From a virus: DNA of 64,000 nucleotides. The stretch lies in the IMG/VR virus record IMGVR_UViG_3300030685_000353, positions 1 through 64,000 of that record; one strand, 5' to 3'. The notes under the pieces are model-generated. The model did not search any database and had not been told where the DNA came from. It saw only the letters and a program-made list of their open reading frames with translations. Positions 10,230 to 21,064 of the stretch are shown here, in pieces. Positions within the stretch are counted from its first letter, which is position 1, and the number at the start of each line of letters is the position of its first letter. Position numbers and translations under genes: made by a program.

Positions 10230-11127
10230 GGAAAAGACTTTTGATTCCTCCTCGAAAGTTAATTGGTAAAGCTGTTGCCTCCCCGCATACAGAACAGTTG
10301 TTTAAGATTTCAGGTTTGATAGTTTCCTGCATATGTTTAACAAACCAGTCTGCTACAGAAATCTTATCAGTTCCCCAACTATATGAATCTTGTAAAGCTT
10401 TTGTGTAATATGCATCATTTAATCCTCTCCAGTCAGAAAATAAAAATGGTGCCCATTTCAAAAATGCTTTATCATATTCTACTTTATTCTGAATTTTATC
10501 TTTCACGTATCCTTTGATATAATTCATGACACCTAGAGAAGGTAGATATAATTTCAATTCTTCGCCATTAGTAAGTTTAAGATGGAAACATCTTTCATCT
10601 TCATTAAATCTAGTGGCCAATTCAGGTGATGGAGTATAGTACGATAGCATCTCTTTAGAGATACTGCGTTCATCTACAGTTCCACAATTACTACAATTGA
10701 AAGAAATATTCAACTGATTCTCACCTTGTTTGAATGTCAATTCACGGATGGCAAATACTAAGAAAAATCTGTCAATTTCTTTAATATCTTTATATGATGC
10801 TATCGAATTACCGAATTTTATCTTACAACACTTTTCAATAATCTTGTTCAGTGCATCATCCATGTTAAAAATATCTTCCTCATCTATAGTAGACCAGTGT
10901 CTAATTTCAGCTGCCATAGCAGATCTGATAGTAATTTCAGTTGAAGCTGGGTAATAAAGACCTTGAGAAGGTAAAGTATCTGGTTTTACTCTAATCCAAC
11001 CGATATCATGTACAAGATGTGTGGGTTCAGCTGTTTTAGATACATTTACCTTTTCCTTGGGTTGATTCTGTGACTCGAAGATTTTTTTAGCTTCATCTTC
11101 TGTACTAGGAACAAATGTTTCGCTCAT
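10198..11127 (-). CDS. Baseplate hub/tail assembly protein, T4 gp26-like
   Basis: LPSQGLYY, DRFFLVFAIR, two CxxC pairs; between tail tube and tape measure. Confidence 0.65.
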   Translation of the reverse strand: MSETFVPSTEDEAKKIFESQNQPKEKVNVSKTAEPTHLVHDIGWIRVKPDTLPSQGLYYPASTEITIRSAMAAEIRHWSTIDEEDIFNMDDALNKIIEKCCKIKFGNSIASYKDIKEIDRFFLVFAIRELTFKQGENQLNISFNCSNCGTVDERSISKEMLSYYTPSPELATRFNEDERCFHLKLTNGEELKLYLPSLGVMNYIKGYVKDKIQNKVEYDKAFLKWAPFLFSDWRGLNDAYYTKALQDSYSWGTDKISVADWFVKHMQETIKPEILNNCSVCGEATALPINFRGGIKSLFLVSDISSKLL

Positions 11128-11219
11128 TATTTTTCTATGTTTATGTATTTATAATCGTACGCATATGCGTATCTGATTTATTTAAAATTATAGTATACGT
11201 CCGTAAAAGTTCAGACACA

Positions 11220-11247
11220 AAAAAGAGGGAACTTACATTCCCTCTTC
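11220..11247 (-). terminator. Rho-independent terminator after the tail tube gene
   Basis: aagagggaa-cttaca-ttccctctt with an A-run. Confidence 0.7.
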
Positions 11248-11267
11248 GTTTATATAAAATGATTCTG

Positions 11268-11834
11268 TTACAAAGTTGTATCGTCAAAATAATCAGCTCT
11301 GAATGTAAAACCAGTGATGGTGTATTTATCAGTAGAATTATAATCTAATTCAATTGCGTTGATATTAGTAGTAGGCCATACAGTTGGGAAAGAATAAGTT
11401 CTGAATACATCACCAGGTCTGTTGTATACTACGATAGTCATTGGACCACCAGCATAGTCAGCTTTTAAGTGTTGCATACCTGTATTTGTATCAAAGATTT
11501 GATTACACCAAGCTTTAAGACCTTTGTACATATACATAGAATTAGTGTCATCTAAGTTTACCTCAAAATCTATTGCGATGTCTACAAAAGTTTGATCAAG
11601 TTTTGAATTTGCATAAGAGCGAGTCCATCCTTTATATGTCTGTTGAACACCTGCTGCAGGTGTCTTATCGACATCCAAACCACTAACCTTGATAACCTGT
11701 TCCATCAATAAAGATGTTGACCAGTTACCTAGACCAGCAGGAGGATTTATAGTAACCTCAAATAAGTTATTATAAACGGGTTCCCAATTCTCCATTGAGG
11801 CTCTTGAATTTCTATAGTGCGGAAGTTTAGCCAT
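11268..11834 (-). CDS. Tail tube protein (T4 gp19-like)
   Basis: 188 aa; NLFEVTI, YSFPTVWPTTNINAIELDY, FTFRADYF; follows the sheath gene. Confidence 0.85.
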   Translation of the reverse strand: MAKLPHYRNSRASMENWEPVYNNLFEVTINPPAGLGNWSTSLLMEQVIKVSGLDVDKTPAAGVQQTYKGWTRSYANSKLDQTFVDIAIDFEVNLDDTNSMYMYKGLKAWCNQIFDTNTGMQHLKADYAGGPMTIVVYNRPGDVFRTYSFPTVWPTTNINAIELDYNSTDKYTITGFTFRADYFDDTTL

Positions 11835-11867
11835 GTTGCTTTTATTTTCTTTTTTTCTAGTTAGTTT

Positions 11868-11899
11868 TAAAGGAGCTTGAAAAAATCCAAGCTCCTTTT
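11868..11899 (-). terminator. Stem-loop between sheath and tube genes (terminator or processing site)
   Basis: aaaggagcttg ... caagctcctttt. Confidence 0.6.
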
Positions 11900-11903
11900 A
11901 TTT

Positions 11904-14900
11904 TTATGCAACTGTAAATCCACCAGATGAAATCTGGCCAGTTTTTAATACAGTTACTCTATTTATGAATTTCTGAGCACCTTTGACTGGTTCAACGCCG
12001 ATATCAATTATTGCAAAATTCTGATCGATTACTTCACCGGTGTTATTTCTACCGTTCATTACTGTAGCATAGTCATATATACCACCAGCTGTCTTAACGT
12101 TAGCTAAGAATTTGTCAACGATAGTTTTAATTTCTAGACGTGTAGTTGAATCGTTAAATTCAAATACATAATTACCCAAGATATCTTCAACAGATTCTTC
12201 TATTGTGATAAGTAAATCACGAACGTGTAAGCTATTGAATGCAGTATTAGTTTTTTGATAAGCAGTTTGATTACCGTAGATTTGGAAACCTGTGTTATTT
12301 CTAAACACGATTGGATTCCATCCAAATGGCTCTAAATAACCTCTATCTGTATCAGTAAAGTCATACTCAAGTGATACCAATCTAGGATTCGATAGAATAC
12401 CTCTTCTTGGACCAGCTGCAATTGAATAAGGTTGACCGTTCAAGAACTTTCTAATAAAGTTGTTTGATACATCAGCTGCGGGAGGAATAGAAATATTCTT
12501 GTTATTTTCTTTGATAACCAACCAAGGAGCAAAGAATCCAGCAAATTTAGCACCATTATCTTCGTCAGGTAAACTATAAGTGTAAGATGGTCCTAGTGAT
12601 AGATTTCCACCTTGTGAAATATAGTAAGTACTTAATACAGGTTTTGGATCAACTAAAGTTGGTACTTCAGTAAATCTAGGATCAGTACTATCAATAAACT
12701 CTTGAATAGCAGGAGCATTGATAATAGCTAAACATTTCTGTCTGTTCATAGCCAACTTAGATAGTAGATTTTTTGGATAAGATTGTGCATCTAAACCACC
12801 GTTGAAGGTATCTACGATATATCTGTAAGTTATCATATTTCTATCTGCTAATGCAACAGATAAATTAGAAACAGCAGGATCTAAAAGACCAAGAATTTTA
12901 GCAAGTTGAGTTTTTGAACCAGGTAAATGGTATGTTCCCAATTTGAAACCAGAAAGATAAGTGAACTGAACATTTGTTGCAGCTTCTTGAATCTTCTTGA
13001 ATCTTGTTATGAAACCGTCTTGTATATGTATTCTTTGGTTAGTAGTTAATTCATAGCCATTAGTTACTTTTCGTTTTGCTATAATTCTAGTTAATACAAA
13101 TTTACTTGAATCACCTGAATTTTCAGGGTCGGCTACCAAATATTGACCAACCTCAGCTTTTGTTCCATCTTCAGTAGAAATATAAACTTTTGTTCTAGTA
13201 GAGTTAGAAGTAGCGTTTAATTCAATGCTAGTTTCGTAATCTCCTACGATAGAATAAATTTTTAGCGCATTAGCTAATGTAGAACCATTTGATTCGCGAA
13301 TATCTGAAATGTCCCAATCTCCATCAAATGGTACAAGATAATCTGCAGTAGTCCATGCGAAAAGCTCAATATATTTCACATTTTGAGGATCTCTAGAATA
13401 CGTAGCAGTTAAATAATGAGGATTTTGTGAATTTGTATAAACTAAATCACCATTTGCAAGAACTCCAGTGTTAAACTTCTTGTATAAATCAGATCCTTCA
13501 TATGCAATGTAGCTATTCGTTACATCAGATAGATATTGTACTTTATCGGGTGCTACTACTAATTTGTAACCACCTGTTGCACCGATTACATCTAGAGCAG
13601 AACCATAATGTATAGTATAAGTCGTATCTATTTCAGCAAGATTAGCAGCGCCATTGAAATTAACTGTATCAATAGTTAGTATCGTGTTAGAACCTGTTTG
13701 ACCGATATCGTTGGCACGGAAATAAAATCTTACACCAGCCTTTTCAGCATATACGAAATCTCCAGCTGCAATATTAGAGCCAGTACCTGCAATATGGATT
13801 TCACCATTATTTTTTGCAAATATTGGTGCAGTTAATGAACCTTCAGATGCTTTATCAGGATGTGAAATTGAAATCTTTATAAAATCTGCAGTTTCAGTTA
13901 TTGTATCAACTGTAGCTGTTTTAGTTCCAGTTTGATCTAATAGTAAAGAGCTTCCAGCTTTTAAAGATGTGAAATAACTAATTTCTGCATTAGAAATTAA
14001 CGATTTATCCAATACTAGTAAGTTATTAAATTTACCAGTGTTTGTAGTACTATAGAAACTTTCAAAGTGTGCTCCTTGATTAGTTGATGGACCAGTGTAA
14101 CCATATGTCCAGTTTGTAAATGAACCGCTATTGAACGATCCACTAATTACAGTGAAATCAGGTTTTGCTTGGAAATCAAATGTTTCTTTAGCAGCAAAGT
14201 TATACGATAAGAAATCTACAGTATCTACAGCGGCATTATTTATCATTGTATGACCGATAACATCTAGTCTTCCCATTGCTTCTGTCGCAGTAGGATCGTA
14301 GTTATTTAGTGCATTTCTATCTAATGCAACGAACAAACCAGTCGTTGCAAAATTACCATTGATTATAGTATCAATTGAATAGTTTACACCATTGTCATCT
14401 ACTAAATCAGGAATTAATGATCCTTGGAAGCTACCGATAGTTACAACATCAGGAGAATTTAAAAAAGCTTGAATTTTATCTTTTTTAAGTCCTTTTGAAT
14501 CAAAGTATTGTGCAAATACTGGATCGATACTTAACTGTGCGTTATTTGTCCAGTCTCCTTGTACAATATCGACTTGTACAAAATATTCAGATATATAATC
14601 GAATTCTTTTATATAATCTGGAACATTTCCTGCACCGAACCATTCTCTAGCAGTCAAATTAAATCCTGTTAGATCACCAGTTTTTCTTACAATGATAGAA
14701 AAAGGAATTTGTCCTAGATTAACGACAGATAATAATTTACCAGCATTAGCTGATTGTTCTTTGTTTGCCAACAGATAAGCTGTATCAGGGAAGAAAAATC
14801 TTTCCTTGTTAAAATACGAGCTGTATAGTTTGTTTACTGTTGTCCCATTTGCTTCTGTAGCACTAAGAGAGAATGATTTGAATGAGTCATAGTCTGGGTT

Positions 14901-15212
14901 AGCGCTTTCAATGTCATTATTTAATGGCATCAGTGCAATTGCAAAACAAGGACCTGTTTCTAGACAAGTAAATAGAGATCTGTGAAAGAATGATCCTCTA
15001 GCTTCCAATGTCTTATCAATTTCACCAAAAATCCTTTTAGCAGTCTTTATGTCTTGACAGAACACCGGTGCGTTGATAGGACCTTTTCTAGAGAACCCTA
15101 CAACGAGTCTTGTAGTCTGTGTGTTTAAAACGATGCTCTCTGTCTGATCGAATTCTAGAGTGTAAACTCCAGAAGCTTTGAACTGACTAAGATCGAGTCT
15201 TATTTTCGCCAT
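11904..15212 (-). CDS. Contractile tail sheath protein (T4 gp18-like, extended)
   Basis: N-terminal SGVYTLEFD/GFSRKGPINAP; C-terminal AAGPRRG, WNPI, YGNQT, LHVRDLL, YVFEFND, IDIGVEPVK. Confidence 0.92.
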   Translation of the reverse strand: MAKIRLDLSQFKASGVYTLEFDQTESIVLNTQTTRLVVGFSRKGPINAPVFCQDIKTAKRIFGEIDKTLEARGSFFHRSLFTCLETGPCFAIALMPLNNDIESANPDYDSFKSFSLSATEANGTTVNKLYSSYFNKERFFFPDTAYLLANKEQSANAGKLLSVVNLGQIPFSIIVRKTGDLTGFNLTAREWFGAGNVPDYIKEFDYISEYFVQVDIVQGDWTNNAQLSIDPVFAQYFDSKGLKKDKIQAFLNSPDVVTIGSFQGSLIPDLVDDNGVNYSIDTIINGNFATTGLFVALDRNALNNYDPTATEAMGRLDVIGHTMINNAAVDTVDFLSYNFAAKETFDFQAKPDFTVISGSFNSGSFTNWTYGYTGPSTNQGAHFESFYSTTNTGKFNNLLVLDKSLISNAEISYFTSLKAGSSLLLDQTGTKTATVDTITETADFIKISISHPDKASEGSLTAPIFAKNNGEIHIAGTGSNIAAGDFVYAEKAGVRFYFRANDIGQTGSNTILTIDTVNFNGAANLAEIDTTYTIHYGSALDVIGATGGYKLVVAPDKVQYLSDVTNSYIAYEGSDLYKKFNTGVLANGDLVYTNSQNPHYLTATYSRDPQNVKYIELFAWTTADYLVPFDGDWDISDIRESNGSTLANALKIYSIVGDYETSIELNATSNSTRTKVYISTEDGTKAEVGQYLVADPENSGDSSKFVLTRIIAKRKVTNGYELTTNQRIHIQDGFITRFKKIQEAATNVQFTYLSGFKLGTYHLPGSKTQLAKILGLLDPAVSNLSVALADRNMITYRYIVDTFNGGLDAQSYPKNLLSKLAMNRQKCLAIINAPAIQEFIDSTDPRFTEVPTLVDPKPVLSTYYISQGGNLSLGPSYTYSLPDEDNGAKFAGFFAPWLVIKENNKNISIPPAADVSNNFIRKFLNGQPYSIAAGPRRGILSNPRLVSLEYDFTDTDRGYLEPFGWNPIVFRNNTGFQIYGNQTAYQKTNTAFNSLHVRDLLITIEESVEDILGNYVFEFNDSTTRLEIKTIVDKFLANVKTAGGIYDYATVMNGRNNTGEVIDQNFAIIDIGVEPVKGAQKFINRVTVLKTGQISSGGFTVA

Positions 15213-15261
15213 GTTTATGTCTTATTTATTTTAATTGAATATGAAATTCTGCGAATTTTTA

Positions 15262-15270
15262 CTATATATT
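15262..15270 (-). promoter_or_regulatory. Putative late-type promoter motif AATATATAG
   Basis: AATATATAGTAAAA is identical upstream of the sheath (15212) and neck (20562) genes. Confidence 0.6.
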
Positions 15271-15301
15271 ATAGATCAGTCTTTTATTTCTCTATCGGTT
15301 A

Positions 15302-17143
15302 TCACATAAATTCTTTTACGTAACTTATGTCATCACGTTTTTCATCATTGAGCTGACTTAATTCTACTACTGCAGTCTTAAAACGATCAGTTGCAGTATC
15401 TATCATATCTTCTACAACATAGCCAAAATCTTCAGATAAACAAAATGTTGCACCATACATTGTAGTTACTGCTACGTCATCATATCCTGACTGTGATGAA
15501 TACGATCCTTTATTGTTTATACCGAATGCACTTAGTTCATTATACGTGGTCTCTTCTGTGACTATTATTCGTTTTTCTAGTACAAGCTTTCTCAATTCAC
15601 GACAGAACATCATCTTATTATGTTGGTACAATCTTATACCCATCGAGAAAAATCTTGCCTTTTCATTATGTCTAGTATGTAAGAATATCTCATCGTAATA
15701 GTTTTCATTTTTACGCAGTTTTTCTACAAAATAATCGCCTTTGAAGTTCATTTCTAGCGCAACTTTTATGTTCTCTGTTTTGAAAACTTCGAAAAATAAA
15801 ATTTCGGCTATCTGTGCCACATCTTCTACAGCCGTAAGATTCGATCTATACATGCCGACTTGTCTTAGTCTAAAGAAACTTCGTTCATCTTCAATTCTAT
15901 CTTTTCTCAATTTTCTCATAGAAGCTATACTCATCTCTTCTATTTTAAAGATATTAATTACTGAAAAATCTCGCCCTACTCCATCGGCTAAATCGACTGT
16001 AAATGTAAATTTATCTGTATCTTTTATCTCATCTAAATTAAAGTCTGGATGCCACTTTAAGTCTTTATATTTTATATCGCTGAATTCGAATGCATCAATC
16101 TGTTTCCATACATATTTCTTTACGATCTTTTTTAGATAACGTAATGAATCAGACGTTAACAACAATGAATCTGATGAAATAAATTGGTTACCGTACTCTT
16201 GATTGAATAGTTCTTCGGAACCCAAATTGGCAATTTCTCGTTTCTTCCAATTTTCATCTCTACCTGGTACTTGCCACCAATCTACACGGAATGCAGAATA
16301 CTCATTCTTGCCATCTTGTCCGGGTTCTTTCAGAGCATTTGAATAAATTTCCCAGAACTTATTTTGACCATTAGCGGTCGAGGTTATGATTACACGTGAA
16401 ATCTGTGATGATGAAAGTGTAGGATATACAGAACGATAGAACGGTTCAATAAAGTTACCATGGATATGGGCAAACTCATCCATGAATAATAAGTGTAATG
16501 TAAAACCGATAGCTGCAGTTTTAGTAGTACTCTGACACATGATTCTACATCCATTGTCAAATTTCATTGTCATTACGTTATTCTGAGCTATGCCAGGTTT
16601 CATGAAGAATGGTAATCCCTTTATGACAGATTTTGTCTTGTCAACGATTTCAGCAGCAGTAGCACCTTTATTCGCTAATACCATGACATTCTTTTCAATA
16701 TTGAATAAAACGTACCATGCTATAAATATACCAGTCATAACAGTTTTACCAATTTGTCTACTAGCTAGTACAACAGACCATCTATTATGTTGATAATGGC
16801 GTAATAAATCTTCTTGATACGGTCGTAAAGTGATTCTTCGTATGCCTTCATCAGTCATTGATACGGCATAATTATTTGCGAAATAGACAATATCATTTGC
16901 ACATTTTACAAGCTCTGAAAGTTCATAGTCTGTGTACTCGTATACTAGATCAGCTCCCTTAAAGTCGATATCACCTTCATAAAACGGGGAGCCTCCTATT
17001 GGGGGATTTCCATTCTCTATCTGTGCACGTAATTCATTAACAAGCTCAGTGTTCCAAACCCTTATTTTTCCATGTTGTTGACCAGATCGTTGATTTTGTT
17101 TAAGATTTCTATTTGTTAATGGTTGATTCATGTTAAAATCCAA
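15302..17143 (-). CDS. Terminase large subunit (T4 gp17-like)
   Basis: LRPYQ, Walker A ASRQIGKT, Walker B LFMDEFAH, ITSTANG, FNQEY, nuclease TVDLADG...YDDVAV. Confidence 0.95.
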   Translation of the reverse strand: MDFNMNQPLTNRNLKQNQRSGQQHGKIRVWNTELVNELRAQIENGNPPIGGSPFYEGDIDFKGADLVYEYTDYELSELVKCANDIVYFANNYAVSMTDEGIRRITLRPYQEDLLRHYQHNRWSVVLASRQIGKTVMTGIFIAWYVLFNIEKNVMVLANKGATAAEIVDKTKSVIKGLPFFMKPGIAQNNVMTMKFDNGCRIMCQSTTKTAAIGFTLHLLFMDEFAHIHGNFIEPFYRSVYPTLSSSQISRVIITSTANGQNKFWEIYSNALKEPGQDGKNEYSAFRVDWWQVPGRDENWKKREIANLGSEELFNQEYGNQFISSDSLLLTSDSLRYLKKIVKKYVWKQIDAFEFSDIKYKDLKWHPDFNLDEIKDTDKFTFTVDLADGVGRDFSVINIFKIEEMSIASMRKLRKDRIEDERSFFRLRQVGMYRSNLTAVEDVAQIAEILFFEVFKTENIKVALEMNFKGDYFVEKLRKNENYYDEIFLHTRHNEKARFFSMGIRLYQHNKMMFCRELRKLVLEKRIIVTEETTYNELSAFGINNKGSYSSQSGYDDVAVTTMYGATFCLSEDFGYVVEDMIDTATDRFKTAVVELSQLNDEKRDDISYVKEFM

Positions 17144-17657
17144 ATTTTGTAGACATGATTAGACCGCGTTTATTTGTCATAAAGTCTTTTAATGACAAAT
17201 CACTGTTTAACCATGCATCTAGCAAATCTTTATCGTAGATAATAGTACACTCTTCTGCTGATATTGAAGGAGTATCTTCAAATACATATCTCTCTTTGAC
17301 ATTTTTCGGGGCATATTCGATAGTTTCTAACTTAGCACAATGTCTACAGTAGAAGCTTAGATCTATTCTTTCAGGTGCTCCCCTTAATGTCTTTAACTCA
17401 TCACAGTTAAGAAGAAGTAATGTACCACAAATTATACGTGGACCTCCTTCTAATGATTCAATATGAGAATTAGCACAAGAAAAATATCCATCTACTGTAC
17501 CAATCTGTAACGGTAAAAAAGATTTAGCTGTTACTTTGCTAGTTCCTAACCATTCTAAATTACCATGTACATCAACTTCACCCTTTTCATTGATAGTATA
17601 CGGTTCCTTTTTTGAGGTAGGGTTTTTTATGAGTGACTTTAATTCTTGTATCGTCAT
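17133..17657 (-). CDS. LRR-like repeat protein (SLEGGP/TLRGAP units) with C-terminal RGLIMSTKFGF tag
   Basis: Repeats IESLEGGP, LKTLRGAP, LETIEYAP; lies between the terminase subunits. Confidence 0.6.
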   Translation of the reverse strand: MTIQELKSLIKNPTSKKEPYTINEKGEVDVHGNLEWLGTSKVTAKSFLPLQIGTVDGYFSCANSHIESLEGGPRIICGTLLLLNCDELKTLRGAPERIDLSFYCRHCAKLETIEYAPKNVKERYVFEDTPSISAEECTIIYDKDLLDAWLNSDLSLKDFMTNKRGLIMSTKFGF

Positions 17658-18307
17658 TTTATTTCTTCAAATTTATCTTGTCCTTGCTCTTTTATAGCAT
17701 CATGTAAAAGTCCGATAAGTCCTCTTGTTCCTCTAAATTTAGAGCTATCTTGTTGTCCCATGACTTCTACGTCACCTTCTCCGACTTCTAGAACTTTTTC
17801 TGCTTTAGAATTTTCATAGTCAAATTTAAGATTCTTGTAATTGTTTTCCATTACAACCATGAATTGTGCTAAATGTTTTACTATCTCCATTTTTGATTTC
17901 TGAAGAGAAGCTAAAACTTCAAATGATCTAGCATGTAAATTACCGTTATCAATTTCTTCCAGTAATTTTTTTATTGCATGTTCAGAGGTTTTCATTTGGG
18001 ATATTAAATCGGATACTGTCAATTTATCGACCGACATCTTTTGTTTAACATATTCATGCTCCACTACAAACTCTACAGGCAGATAAAGTAATACCACTGA
18101 TTCTACTATTTCTTCTGCTTTATTGTCAGTTTCTTGTTGTAATACGGCATAGTTAAGAGGTTTAATTGAACTCATAGCAGGCAAATCAACTTTACCAGCT
18201 TCTTTTACTTCGGCTAAATCAGTCCGTAAAATTGTATTTTCGAGGTCTTCAGCGATCTTTTTTAAATGATCCATGTGCTCGTTCGTTGTATTTCGGTTAG
18301 TTTTCAT
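17654..18307 (-). CDS. Terminase small subunit (T4 gp16-like)
   Basis: HARSFEVLASLQKS resembles the gp16 PRxxEV motif; FRGT..L tail; upstream of TerL. Confidence 0.65.
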   Translation of the reverse strand: MKTNRNTTNEHMDHLKKIAEDLENTILRTDLAEVKEAGKVDLPAMSSIKPLNYAVLQQETDNKAEEIVESVVLLYLPVEFVVEHEYVKQKMSVDKLTVSDLISQMKTSEHAIKKLLEEIDNGNLHARSFEVLASLQKSKMEIVKHLAQFMVVMENNYKNLKFDYENSKAEKVLEVGEGDVEVMGQQDSSKFRGTRGLIGLLHDAIKEQGQDKFEEIK

Positions 18308-20562
18308 TAATGTGTATATGAAATGTAAGGTAATCTTGATTGTGGAATAGCGTTATCGATTATTATTGCGTTATTTGCATCTTTAACGATATTCTGATTA
18401 AGCACTAGTGATTGTTTGTCTGTTTCGATCTTCTGTGACCAAATTCTTATGTTAGTTAAATCCATATCAGATGCTGGTATAGTATAATTGTATAGTGAGC
18501 TTCTGTCTTGTTTAACAATATTCTTATCTACTTTACCGTATACTAATTTTAAGTCAGAAGAACCACTCTGTGTTTCCCAGATATTCATAGTTAGTTGTGA
18601 AAATAGATTACTCATACTTACACAGATACTATACCATTTATCAGTACTTAAGTTTGGTTGAGTATTTGGGATAGCATAGAAATAACGTGTATCGTTAAAT
18701 GTCGCTTGAACGTATCTTTTACCCCATAATTCTAGTTTTGTACCCTTATTGTTTAACATAGAATCGATGAATACTCTTGGTTGAGAAAGCTCAATGTACC
18801 AGCCAGAAGCAGAAACCCATGATGAGTTCCAAGACGGATAAGACAGATTCAAGTAATTTGCTATTCTATCATCTACATATAATTTTATAGTTGATCGATC
18901 AATAACTTCTATAATTTTGGCATAAACTTCGATAGATGCATTTGACTTCTGAATAGAAATAAAGTCTCCTATCAGATAATCATGTGGTCTATCTAACGAT
19001 ATTATCGTTTCTTTTGAAGCTGGTGAATATGGTGAAGATATACGTATTCCACAAGTAAAACGTTTATTTGAATTTATTCTAAACCAAGTAGAATATGATC
19101 TATCACTATTTATGTCGAAACTAGATATAGCAGAATACTTTACAGATTCTGGCTGATAGCTTTGTGCTGTGTAATTATTGCATTTGAATATTGATACATC
19201 AGTTCCATCGATATATTCCTCTGCGAACATTTCCATGTTCGATGTATAAAGGAATATGCTAAATATTGGATGATTTGTTTGCAGTGAATTTTTACCTGCA
19301 TAGACTTCGAAATATGGGTGTCTATCTCTGGTAACTCCTACATACTTAAACTTCTTAACTGAACTATGATCATCTAATGATAATGTATTTTTCGGTCTAG
19401 CATAATATGTCTTATTTATGACTAAAGTTTTCACTATATTATCGGGCAAATCTAATTGGACTATATTCTCCGTCAATGTAGAAGACAATTTATAGAAATG
19501 TTCAGCTATAATCAAATAGTTATTCATAAACTGTTCTTCTATTATATCTGTTAAAGGCGATAAGTAATCTCTAGTTACGTCTGATATAGTAGTAGGTTCA
19601 ACGAACTGCTGAGGATTAGATACTGCTTCTGCTTCTTCTTTTTGTGCAATTCCAAATAATTTTTCTACACTTACTGACATAGATTCCAAGTCATCTAAAC
19701 TTGATGATTGTTCAGAATTACTCTTTGGTTGCCATTTGATAAGCGTGGCTTTAAAATATAAAGGCTCATTCATGAAGTCACGAAATATAGTAGAACTAGA
19801 TATTTCATAGATACGATTAGTTCGTGGGAAAAATATCACATCTCGTTTCTGTGGGCCTGAACCTTCACCGAAAATTGATTGAAAGTAATCTTTGTCGATC
19901 TGAATCTCAAATGGCATTTCAAAGTCTTGACCAAAAGGACCCATATTGAGTTTATTATCTGGGAATGCATTGTTTGGAACTACTATCTTCATGCATTGTT
20001 TTTCATCATGTTGATAGAGTGAATACTCGAGTAAGTATACGTCTTTAGTTCTACCTTTCGGTAAAGCACGATAGTATTGAACTTCATGACCAAATAGTGA
20101 ATTGACCATTAAGTTCAGATCTTTATATAACCTAACAGCTTTATTTACACGATACGGATCCCATGTAGCACCTGTCTTAAATGTTATAGGAGAGGCTGAT
20201 ATATTATCTTGATCTTGTATACTCACATACTCGGATCCACTTAATGCTGGTGCAGGAAATGAATCATATTGCAAGTTGACATTATTAACGGTAACCGGTC
20301 CACCAGACATTAGAATATATCTAAATTGGAACCAGAATGATTTTCCGTTTTCGAAAGGGAGAGTATTTAATGATGGAATATTTAGTTCAGAGTATTCGGA
20401 GAATGTTTCATTATCGTATGAATATCTGAATTCCTTTTTTAGGATAGTCCCTGGAGCATTCGCTACTAAATTTTCTTGTATAGTAGTGAATGTTTTAGGG
20501 TTGGCTATAGGAGCTGCATAAGCTAGTATGACATAATCTCCTGAAGTAATAAGTTCTTGCAA
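18307..20562 (-). CDS. Neck/head-completion protein (T4 gp14-like core with extra domains)
   Basis: FGHEVQYY, FEIQIDKDYF, PQKRDVIFFPRTNRIYEI; TTG start; C-terminal beta-rich domain. Confidence 0.6.
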   Translation of the reverse strand: MQELITSGDYVILAYAAPIANPKTFTTIQENLVANAPGTILKKEFRYSYDNETFSEYSELNIPSLNTLPFENGKSFWFQFRYILMSGGPVTVNNVNLQYDSFPAPALSGSEYVSIQDQDNISASPITFKTGATWDPYRVNKAVRLYKDLNLMVNSLFGHEVQYYRALPKGRTKDVYLLEYSLYQHDEKQCMKIVVPNNAFPDNKLNMGPFGQDFEMPFEIQIDKDYFQSIFGEGSGPQKRDVIFFPRTNRIYEISSSTIFRDFMNEPLYFKATLIKWQPKSNSEQSSSLDDLESMSVSVEKLFGIAQKEEAEAVSNPQQFVEPTTISDVTRDYLSPLTDIIEEQFMNNYLIIAEHFYKLSSTLTENIVQLDLPDNIVKTLVINKTYYARPKNTLSLDDHSSVKKFKYVGVTRDRHPYFEVYAGKNSLQTNHPIFSIFLYTSNMEMFAEEYIDGTDVSIFKCNNYTAQSYQPESVKYSAISSFDINSDRSYSTWFRINSNKRFTCGIRISSPYSPASKETIISLDRPHDYLIGDFISIQKSNASIEVYAKIIEVIDRSTIKLYVDDRIANYLNLSYPSWNSSWVSASGWYIELSQPRVFIDSMLNNKGTKLELWGKRYVQATFNDTRYFYAIPNTQPNLSTDKWYSICVSMSNLFSQLTMNIWETQSGSSDLKLVYGKVDKNIVKQDRSSLYNYTIPASDMDLTNIRIWSQKIETDKQSLVLNQNIVKDANNAIIIDNAIPQSRLPYISYTH

Positions 20563-20579
20563 AGCAATATTATATTTTA

Positions 20580-20588
20580 CTATATATT
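20580..20588 (-). promoter_or_regulatory. Putative late-type promoter motif AATATATAG
   Basis: Upstream of the neck gene. Confidence 0.6.
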
Positions 20589-20629
20589 GAAATGCAAGAA
20601 AAGTATTCTAAATTTAGAGTGAGGTGAAG

Positions 20630-21061
20630 TTATTTGAAATATCCTTGACTTCGCAAGATTTTTTCTAAATCAATTAACTCGGCAGTGAAGCTGTCTCCGA
20701 ATGTTTTAGCAGTATAGTCAAACTCTTTTCTTCCAATTTCCTCTTTTTGACAATACCATTTTATCATTTCTTCAGAAAGACCATTCTTTTTCTTTTCTTC
20801 TATGACTTTCTTTTTAGTTTTTGCATAAATCCAAGGCGGAACAGTTTTATACATTCTACTCATATTTGCATGCCAGTAATCAGATGTTGCTGCTGCGTTA
20901 ATTTTTATATGAGATAAAACAGCTACTTGAACAGGATATTTTATGCTAAGAAATCTCGAAGTCATGAAAAAGTTTCGAGCTTTGTCATTATCCATTACTT
21001 CTTTCCACTGTTTTTCGTTAGCAGTAAATACTAACTTAATATAATCGAACAAGGGTATCAT
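20630..21061 (-). CDS. Putative clamp loader small subunit (T4 gp62-like)
   Basis: LFDY..., FMTSRFLS, W.Y.KTKK; size and proximity to the gp44-like gene. Confidence 0.45.
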   Translation of the reverse strand: MIPLFDYIKLVFTANEKQWKEVMDNDKARNFFMTSRFLSIKYPVQVAVLSHIKINAAATSDYWHANMSRMYKTVPPWIYAKTKKKVIEEKKKNGLSEEMIKWYCQKEEIGRKEFDYTAKTFGDSFTAELIDLEKILRSQGYFK

Positions 21062-21064
21062 TTT

